A stretch of DNA of 64,000 bases from Zootoca vivipara (Eukaryota), in NCBI RefSeq assembly GCF_963506605.1, contig NC_083282.1, positions 68,758,001-68,822,000 of the forward strand, written 5' to 3'. This document shows, in pieces, positions 1-12,943 of the stretch. How positions within the stretch are numbered: the stretch's first letter is position 1; every line of letters begins with the position of its first letter. Made by a program: the position numbers and the translations under genes. The notes beneath the pieces were generated by a model, which had not been told where the DNA came from, searched no databases, and saw only the letters and a program-made list of their open reading frames with translations.

Positions 1-1124
1 AGGTACTATAAAACGCAACACACAACCATTTGACGCAAGCAACTCCCTGGCTGTATGTTGTCTGACTGGTGTTTCCGAAAGCTTCTGCCCCTTAGCACAA
101 ACACAAAAACCCCAAGGCGGCAGCACTTATAAAGTACTGTAACTAAAATATACAGATTAGAAGATCCATTGATTTTGATCTAACAAGCCAGCTTCCTCCA
201 GACTAAAAACCCAAAGGGCGAATCCTTCTGCTATACCACTGTATAATCACAGAAACTGGGTAGGTATGCTGCCTCGTATTTGAGAATCTCAGCATTTATT
301 CTTACAAGTTTCTGTTGGTTAAGGCATGAAGGCAGAAAGCATGTACAAGTTATACTGGCAGGAGGGTGAGTAGGGGTACCCAGAAACACTGAACTCTCTG
401 CTTAGTAGATAATGAGTACAGCATCTAATCTTGCTCAATTTTGCCAGCATGTTTTTTTGTCCAAGTTTCATTTCTTAAGTAATTCATCTATTAAAGTAAT
501 GGTTTAATAGACACTGTGCAAAAACATTGTTTATTGCTACTGGAGAGGGCTCACACCTCTTTGTGTGCCTCAGGAGCATTAAAGAAGGGAAGGTTTGGAA
601 CCTTTCACTTCTATTTTAGATTAACTGCAGCTTGCTGAAGCATCCAAACCTAGACAAACTGTGCGTAGGCTTAACTATTAATTGCTGAAACAAGTCTGCC
701 CCAAAGCACAGTTCATGGCGTTGGCTTGTTTCAGCAAGCCATAGTTAAGATTAACCCAGCCATGCTACAAAGCACCCAGAAGTTACTAGTCTGCAAAATC
801 ATACAAGAAGCAGGCAAGTGTAAGAAGGGCTCCTCTTTACTTGCCAAGATAGTTCAGATACTTACCTAGATAGTGGCTCAGTGGTGTTGTAGCATGAACA
901 CATCCACCCCACCATACACCTGAAGTAGTATCATGTGGGCTCCCTCCCTGGAGGCCCGTGTGCATGATGGCCTGATTTGTATAGCCTTTTCTACCAATTT
1001 CAAGTGGAAATAATTGCTAATTAGGTCAGTGCGCACGGTGCCTCTGGATAGCATTCCTCAATCACATTGCATTATGTGCATGATATAGTGGAAGGGAACT
1101 ATCTTGGGACTTTCAAGAAGGAAG

Positions 1125-1612
1125 GGCAACAGCTCAGTGGTAGTGTAAATGCTTTGCATGCTGAAGGTCTCATCTCCAGATAGGGTTGGCAGTGTCCCCC
1201 GTCTGAAACCCTGGGGAGTTACTGCCTGTCAGTTTAGATCAGGGGTAGGCAACCTAAGGCCCGGGGCTGGATGCGGCCCAATCGCCTGCTCAATCCGTGC
1301 CATGGACGGTCCGGGAATCAGCATCTTTTTACATGAGTAGAATGTGTCCTTTTATTTAAAATTCATCTCTGGGTTATTTGGGGGGCCTGCCTGGTGTTTT
1401 TACATGAGTAGAATGTGTGCTTTTATTTAAAATGCATCTCTGGGTTATTTGTGGGTCATAGGAATTTGTTCTCTCCTCCCAAATATAGTCCGGCCACCAC
1501 ATGGTTTGATGGACAGTGGACTGGCCCACGGCTGAAAAAGGTTGCTGACCCTTGGTTTAGATAATACGGAGCTTGATGGGACAATGTTTGGATCTGTATT
1601 AGGCAGCTTCCT
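1125..1612 (+). mobile_element. tRNA-derived squamate SINE, interrupted by the MITE
   Basis: AGCTCAGTGGTAG A-box-like head; body TCTCCAG...CTGAAACCCTGG...TAGATAATAC...AGGCAGCTTCCT, shared with the copy at 32085-32262. Confidence 0.6.
1240..1554. mobile_element. hAT-Charlie-type MITE inserted in a tRNA-SINE
   Basis: Perfect 8-bp TSD GTTTAGAT; CAGGGGTAGGCAACC / GGTTGCTGACCCTTG ends; internal ~55-bp segment present twice. Confidence 0.85.
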
Positions 1613-1659
1613 CATTCTTACATTGCGCTTTACATATTTAAAATGTTTATGCAAGATCA

Positions 1660-1866
<207 letters not shown>

Positions 1867-3379
1867 TTAAACAGAAAGGTAATTAAAAGACTTAAGAAAG
1901 TTAATAGTCAAGTCAGCTACACTCAGCTGAATGCAGTTTCAAGAGCTAAATGAAAAGATGTGCTATCCTGATAGTTGTATCAGCAATCTTCCCTTGAAGC
2001 AACAAGAAACTCATCTCTGCATAAACAACTGGAAATCAAAATAATTACATCTGAACAGGGAAGCAGAGTTTACCGCTTAATCATGCACATTAAAGACCTT
2101 GATCAGAATCTATCAGCTTCTTATACATTCACACGCTGGTGCTCTTCATGCCATACTGTCAACAGGCATGGCACTTTACAGAGCAACAGAAAGACAGGTC
2201 CATGCCCCGAGCAGCTTGCAATCTAAATTGACATTGTGGAGGCAACAGAGAGAGGGGCAGTATGTATACTTAAATTTCATAAACACTTGGGGAAAGGTGT
2301 GGTTTGGAGGAAGGGTTTGAAGGGGCAGATTGGCTGTGTTATCTTCAACTAAAGAAGATTTCAGCTTTTCCAAGAAAATGATGTACAACGTTATTGAGCA
2401 TTGTTGACATCCTTTTGGGTTTCCTCACTTCGCACGTCAACTCTTAAGACTCACACTTCTGCAGGCAGAGTGTTCATCCTCCAAAATACATGCCTTGACA
2501 TCTTCCAGACTAGCAGCTATGCCTAAGCCTGTTGCAGCAAACACAACAAAAGTCTTGCAGCAACTTGAAGACTAAACAATTGTATTGTGGCCTTACAACT
2601 TCTTATGGACTAGAGTCTGGTTCACCGACTTATGCCACAATGAATTTGCTAGTTTTGGTGTGGTGCCTAGACACATGTTTCCACATTTGGAGGCCTATAA
2701 TGAAGCCCACAGGATGCATAATCAGCAGGTTAGATCCCAGACTAAGACATATTTTATCCCAGTTTAAACCTGTGAGACTTAAGTCATTACTAACTTGCAG
2801 CACAGTCCTAACCATGTTTACTTGAAGGTTTCATTGAGATCAGTAGAGTTTATTTCCTAGATCAGAAGAGTTTATTTCCTGCACCTACTACTGAATAGGG
2901 AGCAACTAGATATCTGGAATATCTTCATTTCTCATAAGTCTCCATCTAGGATAGAGGATTGTACCTTTCTTGGTTGTGTAGCAGAGGCAATTTGGACAAG
3001 TGAAGTTTGACACTCTTTTGCAAGAGTAAGCAAAGATGCACCTGCTGAAATTCCCAAGATATCCTTAAATACGTTGACGTGTTCTTATTGTCCAACATGC
3101 AGCACTAGCAAACAGCAGCCCACTTTACCTAAGCCCCTATTCAGTAACAGTTATCAACAGTTAAGTAGACTTCATACAATGAGATCATTCAAATAGGGAG
3201 CAGGGGGTTCTCACTATACAGTATATTCAAGCAAATAGTCAGGACGCAGGACTCCTAAACAGAATGTACAATCTTCAAAGCCATAATACTGCATCGTCAA
3301 GAGTCGCATACTCGTTAGGGAAAGGTTTCTGTACTTGGAGAGCGACTTTTATCCTGCAGCTTATAACCTACCGCTACAT

Positions 3380-3677
3380 CAGGGGTCAGCAACCAAAGGC
3401 CCATGGGCCACAAGCGGCCCATGGGGGTCGTTTAACTGGCCCATGGAACCCCGCCGCCCGCTCGGGGACCCCCACCACCCGCTTGGTCGGCTCCCGTGTG
3501 CTGCGCTAAACTGGCCCAGAGCAGAGTGGGGACCACCTTCCGTGACGCTGCCGGCTTCCCATTGGCTGCAGGAATGGGAAGCTGCGCACGCCTCCTCCAT
3601 GCGCGTGCGCTCTGGCCCAACGCAGCGTCTGCGGGACCGTGAACCAGCTCAAGCCACAAAAACTTTGCCAACCCCTG
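3380..3677. mobile_element. hAT-Charlie-type MITE
   Basis: TIRs CAGGGGTCAGCAA / TTGCCAACCCCTG; imperfect TSD cgCTACAT/acCTACAT; CpG-rich interior. Confidence 0.75.
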
Positions 3678-4294
3678 ACCTACATCAAGAGTGGGGAAAA
3701 ATTTTCATCACCAGGGATGGATTTCCTTCTGAGCAACCTTCCAAGGACCACTTGCCAGGGGTAGGCAGGGCAACAGTGAAGAAGCAATGAGTGTAAATTT
3801 TACCTTTGTACAGTAGGGTAGTTTCTACACACACACACACCCATCTCTACCCTCCATCCTGGCAAATAAGTCGTTATCAGAGTCCAAGACACACTCCAGC
3901 CAGGCAAAACACTTGGGGGTTGAATTGAGTCAGTGAGGGGTGTAGCAGTGGGGAGAGTTCTTAGGGCCAGTTGGAGAGACCCCAAGGGCTGCATTTGGTT
4001 CCTGGGCTATATTCCGATCTACGTTTTCATTCTTTTTGATGAACTATAAGCAGCAGCACAGCCTGCTCAGCCATTTCTCACCAAGAGTTTTTCTTTGCTA
4101 GGATGATACACCAAAAGAATTCTGCCTTGTCAGCACTGCATTCAGAATGAGAAATCACTCTCAGGCGCATTTCTTCTGCTCTGGTGCTAGCCTGGCAAAT
4201 TCACCCCTCTACGCTACATTCTTTGATTGTCATTGGGCTGGACCGAGCAAAAGAAACAGACAAGAGCTAAACTGTTATCAAAGCAACATATTAC

Positions 4295-4370
4295 CAGGAA
4301 CCCCAGTTTTGGCAATAGCTGCAGCAGCATGATCCTGGGTGGAGAAAATATTGCAGCTGGACCACTGCAC
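4295..4370 (-). CDS. AHCY: AHCY coding exon 3 ([25 protein letters not shown])
   Basis: ttttgcag| acceptor and |gtaata donor; 76 nt. Contains the SAHH signature SCNIFSTQD. Confidence 0.98.
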
Positions 4371-5742
4371 CTGCAAAAGAAATCAAAATATATCCAGAAA
4401 TGATAAGGGTTCCCCCCTTTCCTCTACAGAGATAACAAAGCAAGTCCAAACCCTTTCTACTTCTCTGAAGCTAGCTGTTGCATGTTTCATTTAAAAGGCA
4501 AAACAGTTTAAAGAAACAGGAAACAATTATTTACAAATTGAGGCTTAATCAGATTTGGGAACCATTACCCACATCGAAAGAAAACCTTTCTAAAATGCAT
4601 CTGCCAAATATCAGGATGTAACTGGTGCTTTGAATGGAGCTAACTTACAAGTTACAATGTGGATGTTTTTCCCCCCTCTTTCAAGGTCCAATCAATATTT
4701 TATTAACCTGATATGAAATTGAATTCTATGTCCTTTTTTGGATTTGCTTCTTCTTGGGTTGGGTGGGCAGTCAACAACATGACAGCAATGCCGGGAAGTT
4801 GGCATCTACCGGTAAATATACCTCTGCGCAAATTGGGTTGCAGGCGAACAGAATTCTCGATCACATGCAATCCCCCTGCAAACTGCAGGTGGTATTCAAA
4901 ATCAAACTGATAGCAGACCTATTGGAATCAATGACCATAACGTCTTCAATTTCAATGTGTCTAATGACTAATGCTGGCTCTCAGCCTACACTTCAGGTGG
5001 GGAGAAAATCTATTCTTACCACTGCTAGAATCCTTATGGGAGATGGAACTTCCATTACACCAGAAAAACAGCAGCAGGTCTAAATCCCTATAGCCAGTGC
5101 TGCTGCTCTAAGGAGGTATTCCCAAATGTGCTTCCTCAGTGCCAACTATGACTGCTCTGAAGCATGATCAGGAAGAAACTCCAAGTGACTTCCACATAGT
5201 TCGATATTGCCTAGCTCAGCCTTCCCTAACCTGGTGCCCTCCAGTTGTCATACTCCAACTTTCACTCACCCCAGCCAGCATGGCCTATCGGCAAGAATGA
5301 TGGAAACTGCAGCCAATCAACATCTAGAGGCTGCCAGATTGGTCCACCTCCTGTTTTTTTTTTTTTTAACAAATAGCCAGGGCAGAAGAAGCCCAAAAGC
5401 GGGTTTGGAGCTGCAGGAGGGGCAAAAAACCCACATGCCACAGTACTGATCTGGCTCTTGCACTGGCAATTTATTCAACAGCTACACAACTCCAACTATA
5501 CTTTGACTCTTAATGGTTAACCATACCTACAAAAGACCTGTGTTCAGAGTCTGTGGCTTTACTTAAACGTGATGCATGAAAATGCTCCATTTGGTATGGG
5601 TCAGTGGTCCTCTTTACTAAGGGAAACACAAGTTAATTTTTTTCCTTTTTCAGAACATGTTCACATTTTAGTGTTTTGTTTTGTTTTTTATTCTGCCATT
5701 TCCCTTAAAAAATATTGAACAAACACCATCTGTTCCACTTTA

Positions 5743-6060
<318 letters not shown>

Positions 6061-7751
6061 TCAGGTTCTCCACTAACAGCAGCAGCAGCACAACTGCTAT
6101 GAAGCTATCAAGAGAGACATTTGGCAGCAGCTGTTAGAGGAGCAGTAGTCCCTCTCCATTTTCTCTTGAAACCTTTTGGTTAAGAGCTTATGCATATACT
6201 GTGTTAAACTATGCTAAGAGATTTATTAAATTCTACCTCCGTTTTACAAAAAAAATCATATACAGGTAATCCGATTTAGGTGTAATGTTCTCTAAGTTAC
6301 AAGAAACCATCATTTCCAGGCAATTTCTTCTGTAAAGTCTTTGAAGCGAGGTGCTTCTGGAATAAGGGCTGAGGGAGAACCATTCCATGGAACTGCTACA
6401 TTCTGCAAGGAATACTTTTAAGACTGGGGGCATTTGTCAGCTCTAAAAGAACTAAGATCAAGATAAACCCCAACCATAAGTTCTTTGCAACTAAATATAG
6501 CTTTCATTTTCCAAACATTGGTACATTAGACATTTATGACACAGCATCACTTAGCTTGTATTACACCACATGCTAATCTTGCAGAAAATACAGGAAAACT
6601 CATTTGCCAAGCACTTAGATCTTTAAAAAATCTTTTTTAAAAAGAATGGGACAGCCAGCCAACAGAGCTTAGGAAACAAATATTCAGAGAAATCTCATAA
6701 AATACATGAAGATCCCATTTTAAAGCTTTTCAGGTGCAAACATTCACAATAAAAGCTGGCTCCTAAAAAAGCTAAAGGTAGTATGATCCATCATTGACAC
6801 TGGAGGGCATACATTTTACTGTCATTCTGTGTGGCCAAGACCAAGATCTGCAGCACTAAAACACCTTGGTGCCTACATGATCCAAAAGAGTGAACAGAAG
6901 AATTTGTGCACTGCACGTAAGATCTCATAAAGTTACCCCACATATTTCTTTTCTGCAGAGTTCTTGAGTGCACATCTACTTCCTTTGGTTTTGTCTACTG
7001 TCCAAGTTTAAGATATCCTGCCTGTTATCTTTGTAGAAGCACCCGCCTGGCTATTGTTGGAAACAAAATACTAGCTAGAGGGACCTCTGATCTGGATCTA
7101 GTAAAGCTAGAATCAGTGGGACTAAGTAGACATAGTAGTTCTTAAAAGAATGTGCATGGCAATGCCAACTTTTCCTCCTGCAGAAGTGCTACTCAATGGA
7201 TTCATAGTACCCTATAAATTTGATGACATTAGCAAGTTGCTGCATCAGATGCTAGAGCTAAAAGATGGGAGGGCTAGAACAAAACAACCACCACCATGGT
7301 ACAGTAGGGCAAGCACACTTTGCAGTGATTTCTAGTAATTATAATCAGTAAGTAGAATTGGCAACCATAAGCCAAGACTTCACCGAGGTGGTTGAATAAA
7401 TGGGCACTCAAATGTTAAGGAAACAAGGTTTAAGTAGGTGGTGAGGGGAGGGAAGGGGGAGGCAGCGAACACATTTCAGCCCCACTATGATCTGCGACTT
7501 TGACCCATCCCACTGAATACTATTTCATCACAACATATGAAAGAACATTAGGCAGGATTTGGCACTGTTAATACCTTTGTTGTCGTCTAACAACACTTAC
7601 TAGTATTTCATTAACCTGAATAGGTATTTCATTAACCTAAATAATTTTGTCGTCTCAGCAACATTTGCTGCCCTTTGTTGTTCAGAGGCTTCTGTCTGTG
7701 CCCGTTTCTGCTAGACCAAGCCACAAAACCAAAGGCCCAAAAGAGTGTGGT

Positions 7752-8092
7752 CCTGACTGATTGGAAGGTCGGCAGCTCAAATCCCCGCAATGGAGTGAGC
7801 TCCCATTGCTCTGTCCCAGCTTTTGCCAACCTAGCAGTTCAAAAGCATACCAGTGCAAGTAGATAAATAGGTACCGCTGCGGCGAGAAGGTAAACAGCAT
7901 TTCCATGCACTCTAGCTTCCATCACAGTGTTCCATTGCAACAGAAGCGGTTTAGTCATGCTGGCCACATGTCCTGGAAAACTGTCTGTGGACAAACGCTG
8001 GCTCCCTAGGCCTAAAGTGAGATGAGTGCCGCACCCCTTAGTCGCCTTCGACTGGACTTAACCATCCAGGGGTCCTTTACCTTTTACCTTAC
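7752..8092 (+). mobile_element. Sauria (Squam1) SINE
   Basis: GAAGGTCGGC..., GCCAACCTAGCAGTTCAAAAGCA, GCAAGTAGATAAATAGGTACC and an (ACCTTT)n tail. Confidence 0.88.
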
Positions 8093-8962
8093 CTAACTAC
8101 ATTGTGTGTCATAATCTTATGAGAGACTCTTGTGGGAATGAACTCAGAAAAGACTGAAATGTTGCATCAGGTAAATGACATGAAGCCTTTGAAGTGGCAG
8201 AGAAAAGTGCTGATGCAAACCACTTAATGGGTAACTGGGATGCCAGCATTAACCTTGAATAGAACAGGATGTCTTGTTTTCCCCCCTGCCCTACTTCAGA
8301 TACTTCAATACTTGAATGGAAAATAGAGAAAGGGCTGTTTTAAGATCTTTATACTTTGGTATAAGATAGCTAACTTTTAGCAAACATCAGGTTCTTGCAA
8401 CGGAGTAGCAAGATCTTTTGGTGACTGGCTACAGTGAATCCCAGTGATTTGCATGGTGAAACCTAGAGGTTTTTTCCACATTTTCTCAGTACTGTACATC
8501 AAAAGCTTCATTTTTCAGTTCTCATTTAAGCACTTGACAGGCCTTCTGCCTGTCGATCATTGTTTCAGCTGTCTTCAAATCATACACTAAGCATCTCTAG
8601 AAGAGGCCAAGATGGGGAAAGCCCAAACTAAAAATATAAAGGGGGAATCTTTTTAACGTATATCAGAGCCTAATATTCTGACGTAGTCACACTACTGCAC
8701 AACTTTCCCTTTAAGCCTCTGCCCTAGTTTTAAGCTCTTTCTGCAAAGGTAGCAGATTATGACGTTGCAAAACATTTTTTCTACGCGACTGGAGAAACGG
8801 GGTGGGTTTTTTCCATTTCCAAAAATCCCTTCTATCTCTGACGGATCTCACGTAGTTCCAAAATAGCCAGGCTTCTCCCTAAGTAGGGGCGAGTAATAGA
8901 AACCTGCAGCGTGCTTAACGCAGGGAAGCAGCAGCGACGGCTTGACAGCATGGTCCCCGAGA

Positions 8963-9221
8963 GCATTCTGGGAAATGCAGTCCCCACGTCTCCACAACCA
9001 CGAAACAAACCTTCTGCTGAATCGTCAGAGGGACTACATTTCCCAGAAGCCGAGCTTTCTCCTGAGCCCACATGGAGTTTGCTCAGAAACTACACGCTAG
9101 CTAGCTAAGCCAAAGTCCATTTTGGACTACGGGAAGGGGGGGGGGGGTAAGCCCTCCCCGCACACCAGAACTCGGCTAGGGGGGATAACATTTAGCATAA
9201 TCATTATTAATATTTGCAAAT
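8963..9221. promoter_or_regulatory. AHCY intron-1 cluster: two inverted ZNF143/THAP11-type motifs plus octamer-like sites
   Basis: GCATTCTGGGAAATGCAGTCC (8963-8983) and GGACTACATTTCCCAGAAGC (9031-9050) match ACTACAnnTCCCAGnATGC. ATTTAGCAT at 9190-9198 and ATTTGCAAAT at 9212-9221. Confidence 0.5.
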
Positions 9222-9472
9222 TCTACTTTAAAAAAAATGGTTGCGGGAGTGGAGCGAGAACAATGAAAACGGTGCAAAAAAAATTCATTTGCCTATAAAA
9301 CATCACGGCGAAAAAAAGAGGAGGAAACATGGCAGAAAACGCACCATTCCAGGCCCACCCACCCCCGATGAAGAACGGGAGCACGCTAGTTTGCTGGCTC
9401 GCTCGCTCTCTGCAGGCCTTAAGCACAGAGACCAATCAAATCCCACAAAAACATGCAACGAGGCTCCCTTAC

Positions 9473-9500
9473 CAACTTTGTACGGCAGCTTGTCGGACAT
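9473..9500 (-). CDS. AHCY: AHCY coding exon 1 (MSDKLPYKV + first base of Ala)
   Basis: Minus strand reads gccagcATG TCC GAC AAG CTG CCG TAC AAA GTT G|gtaagg. This matches the vertebrate AHCY N-terminus; 28 nt with a phase-1 donor. Confidence 0.97.
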
Positions 9501-9780
9501 GCTGGCGCTTCTGCGGCTGAGGAGGCGCGGGAGCGAGAGGCGAGAGGCGGCGAGAAGCCAGTGGCGGCAAAATGCAGGCTTTAAATAGACTCGCCCAGGT
9601 TGACAAATGTACGAGGCCGCTTCCACCAATCCCCTTGTAGGGCACGGAGGGGGCGCGGCCTCGGGATGCGCAGAGGAACAGGAAGCACGCGGCGGAGGCT
9701 CGCCGGGCCTTGGATCGGGGATTCCGCGCAGGTGGGCGGAGAGAGACGGGAACGGCTCTTGCGCCTCCGCGTCCTTGGGT
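9501..9780 (-). promoter_or_regulatory. AHCY: AHCY 5'UTR and CpG-island promoter
   Basis: CpG-dense GC-rich stretch upstream of the ATG. TATTTAAA (minus strand) at 9580-9587, CCAAT at 9626-9630, GC-rich box near 9648-9660. Confidence 0.75.
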
Positions 9781-10076
9781 TTCAGCTGTGCTTTTATTTC
9801 AGGGTGCCTCTCCTTCTAGGGCATCATCCCTAGCTAGCAGGACCAGTGGTCAGGGATGGGTGGAATTGCAGTCCAAAAGCAGCTGGAGACCCCCTGCAAT
9901 GCAGGAATCTTTTGCTCAGTCTCACCTGGAGATGCTAGCAATTGGAGCAGATATGCAGAGGTCAGGGCCGGCCCAGTCATGAGACAAGGTAAGGCGATCG
10001 CCTTGGACAGCAGGATCCGCAGGGACAACACATCCCAGCATACAGTAATCCCCTGCTAAATTTGCCCATTTGCCCT

Positions 10077-10427
10077 AAATGGCGTCGGTCCAGTATACCT
10101 GAAGGAGCGTCTCCACCGCTATTGTTCTGCCTGAGGTCCAGCACCGAGGGCCTTCTGGCAGTTCCCTCATTGTGAGAAGCTAAGTTGCAGGGAACCAGGC
10201 AGAGGTAGTAGCACCTGCCCTGTAGAAGTCCCTCCCATCAGATGTCAAAGAGAAAAAACAGCTACCAGATTTTTAGAAGACATCTGAAGGCAGACCTGTT
10301 TACGGAGGCTTTTAATGTTTAATAGATTACTGTATTTTATTTTTCCGTTGGAAGCCACCCAGAGTGGCTGGGGAAACCCAGCCAGATAGGCGGGGTATAA
10401 ATAATATATTATTATTATTATTATTAT
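10077..10427 (+). mobile_element. L2 LINE 3' fragment with (TTA)n tail inside the left TIR of Tc1 copy 1
   Basis: Encodes an L2 C-terminal remnant (ALNGVGPVYLKERL...FRRHLK). The TIR sequence resumes after the tail. Confidence 0.75.
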
Positions 10428-10739
10428 CTCACAAATAAATGACCAGTTCATAATTTTAATGGTAGGTTATTGTAGCTATGAGAGACAACAGGAAAAACCC
10501 CAGAAACCCAGAAGACAAAAGTCAGAGATTGAGGTGCATTATAATGAGTGAAAGAAGTATTTGATCCCCCATCAACCAGCCAGATGTCAGGCTACCCTTC
10601 ACTGTATGTAATGAGCTGAGATTAGAAGCATTTGCTGTAAGGGAGAGGTCTTACCTGTAATCCCAGCTCGTTACAATACCTGTACAAAAGACACCTGTCG
10701 ACAGAAGCAATCAATGCAGCAGATTCCAAAGTAGCCACC

Positions 10740-11725
10740 ATGACTAAAGAGCTGTCCAAGGATGTCAGGGACAAGATTGTAGACCTGCACAAGGCTGGAC
10801 TGAGCTACAAGACGATTGACAAGCAGCTTGGTGAGAAGGTGACAACAGATGGTGCAATAATTCGCAAATGGAAGAAACACAACATAACTGTCAACCTCCC
10901 TCGGTCTGGGGCTTTATGCAAGATCTCATCTCGTGGAGTTGCAATGATCAGGAGAATGGCGACGAAGCAGCCCAGAACTACACGGGAGGAAATTGTCAAT
11001 GATCTCAGGGCAGCTGGGACCATAGTCACCATGAAAACAGTTGGTAAAACACTATGCCGTGAATGACAGATTTTGCAGAGCCCGCAAGGTCCCCTTGCTC
11101 AAATCAGCACATGTACAGGCCCATCGGCAGTTTGCCAATGCACATCTGAATGACCCAGAGGAGAACTGGGTGAAAGTATTGTGGGCAGATGAGACCAAAA
11201 TCAAGCTCTTTGGCATCAACTCAACTCACCGTGTTTGGAGGAGGAATGCTGCCTATAACCCCAAGAACACTATCCCCACTGTCAAACATGGAGGGGTTCA
11301 TATTATGCTTTGGGGGTGCTTTTCTGCTAAGGGGACAGGACACCTTCACTACATCGAAGGGACAATGGACAGGACCATGTATCGTCAAATCTTGGGTGAG
11401 CACCTTCCCTCAGCCCAGGGCATTGAAAGTGGGTCGAGGATGGGTACACACGGCCAAGGCAACAAAGGAGTGGCTCAGGAAGAAGCACATTAAGGTCCTG
11501 GAGTGTCCTAGCCAGTCTCCAGACCTTAATCCCATCGAAAATCTGTGGAGGGAGCTGAAGGTTCGAGTAGTTACACACCAGCCTCGAAATTTTACTGACT
11601 TGGAGAGGATCTGCAAAGAGGAGTGGGACAAAATACCTCCTGAGAAGTGTGCAAACCTGGTGGCCACCTACAAGAAACGTCTGACCTCTGTAATTGCCAA
11701 CAAGGGTTTTGCCACCAAGTACTAA
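10740..11725 (+). pseudogene. Frameshifted Tc1 transposase
   Basis: Three frames give [18 protein letters not shown] (paired-like HTH), [26 protein letters not shown] and [11 protein letters not shown]...NKGFATKY. An in-frame 24-nt deletion removes FQHDNDPK. Confidence 0.93.
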
Positions 11726-12643
11726 GTCATCTTTTGCAAAGGGATCAAATACTTATTTCACTCATTATAATGCACATCAATCTCTGATTTTTGTCTTCTG
11801 GGTTTCTGGGGTTTTTCCTGTTGTTATTCTGTGTCTCACAGCTATAATAAACCTACCATTAAAATTATGGACTGGTCATTTCTTCATCAGGGGACAAACG
11901 GGCAAATTTAGCAGGGGATCAAATACTTTCCCCCCTCACTGTAGATCTTTATTCCATCCTCTCTGCTCCTGATTTAGGTTTTCACACACCACTTCTTCCC
12001 TGGTGGGGAGGAGGAGTGCCATTTTGTGGTTTGCCTCAGGAACCAAAATGTCTTGAACTGGTCCTGGCAAAGCCTGTGATCTGCTGCTGAACTGCAGCCC
12101 ATCCTGCCCATTTTTTGCTGTGATCCTTGAATGATCAAGGTGTGCAGCTTTGAGAAGAGAGACCGTCACGTCAGTGATAGCGTTGAAGTGCTGTTTGTTT
12201 GATTTAGTGAACCCAGCCCAGAGACTTGCCTTTGAGAATCAAAGGAATCCAGTTAAAAATAAAATTTTGCTAACACAGTGAAAGATGCTCTTTTTTTTAC
12301 CTTTTGAAGTTTTCATGGCCTATGCCCATATGTTTCCCATGAATTATCATGGTCTAAGATTCCCAGATTCAGTCCCCAAAAGAACTATTTTATTTTTAAG
12401 GGAAGTGGGAATATGTCACAAGACACAGCTTCCTCTGTCTTGGTAGTAGAGTGATTGACAGAAGCTGTGTTTTATGGTTTCTTTTCTGTGCATCCCGGTG
12501 ATGTGTATATTTATTTGGAAGTAAATGTGCCCTGGATTACAACAACCTTACTCTTCTCATGTCTAGGGAGAACATAAAGATCTCCAATTACAGCATTATG
12601 AAAACAGTGAGATGCTGTGATTGTCAAGTCCAGAACAGTTCCT

Positions 12644-12943
12644 GGGACGCAGGTGGCACTGGGGGTTAAATCACAGAGCCTAGAGCTTGCCGATCAGAAG
12701 GTCGGCGGTTCGAATCCCTGCGACGGGGTGAGCTCCTGTTGCTCGGTCCCAGTTCCTGCCAACCTAGCAGTTCAAAAGCATGTCAAAGTGCAAGTAGATA
12801 AATAGGTACCGCTAGAGCGGGAAGGTAAACGGCGTTTCCGTGTGCTCCTCTGGTTCGCCAGAAGCGGCTTTGTCATGCTGGTCACATGACCTGGAAGCTG
12901 TACGCCGGCTCCCTCAGCCAGTAATGCGAGATGAGCGCCGCAA
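12644..12943 (+). mobile_element. Sauria (Squam1) SINE, 3'-truncated
   Basis: GGGACGCAGGTGGCACTG head, B box GGTTCGAATCC, same body as 7752-8092. Confidence 0.88.

Larger units (their letters stand above)
10043..11941 (+). mobile_element. Tc1-like IR/DR DD34E transposon, copy 1 (defective; ZB/Sleeping Beauty-type architecture)
   Basis: TA target sites; ~200-bp TIRs with internal AAGTATTTGATCCC direct repeats. The left TIR has an outer-DR deletion and an L2 insertion. Confidence 0.95.

Noticed and set aside
2838-2880. 22-bp tandem duplication in AHCY intron 3
   Set aside because: It is an ordinary slippage microduplication far from splice sites.
9181-9470. snRNA or Pol III type-3 gene driven by the ZNF143/octamer cluster
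   Set aside because: There is no convincing PSE and no recognisable U snRNA, 7SK, Y or vault RNA body.
12644-12730. tRNA gene
   Set aside because: The A/B boxes belong to the tRNA-derived head of a Sauria SINE, with no complete cloverleaf. The same applies to 1125-1170, 32085-32140 and 33620-33690.
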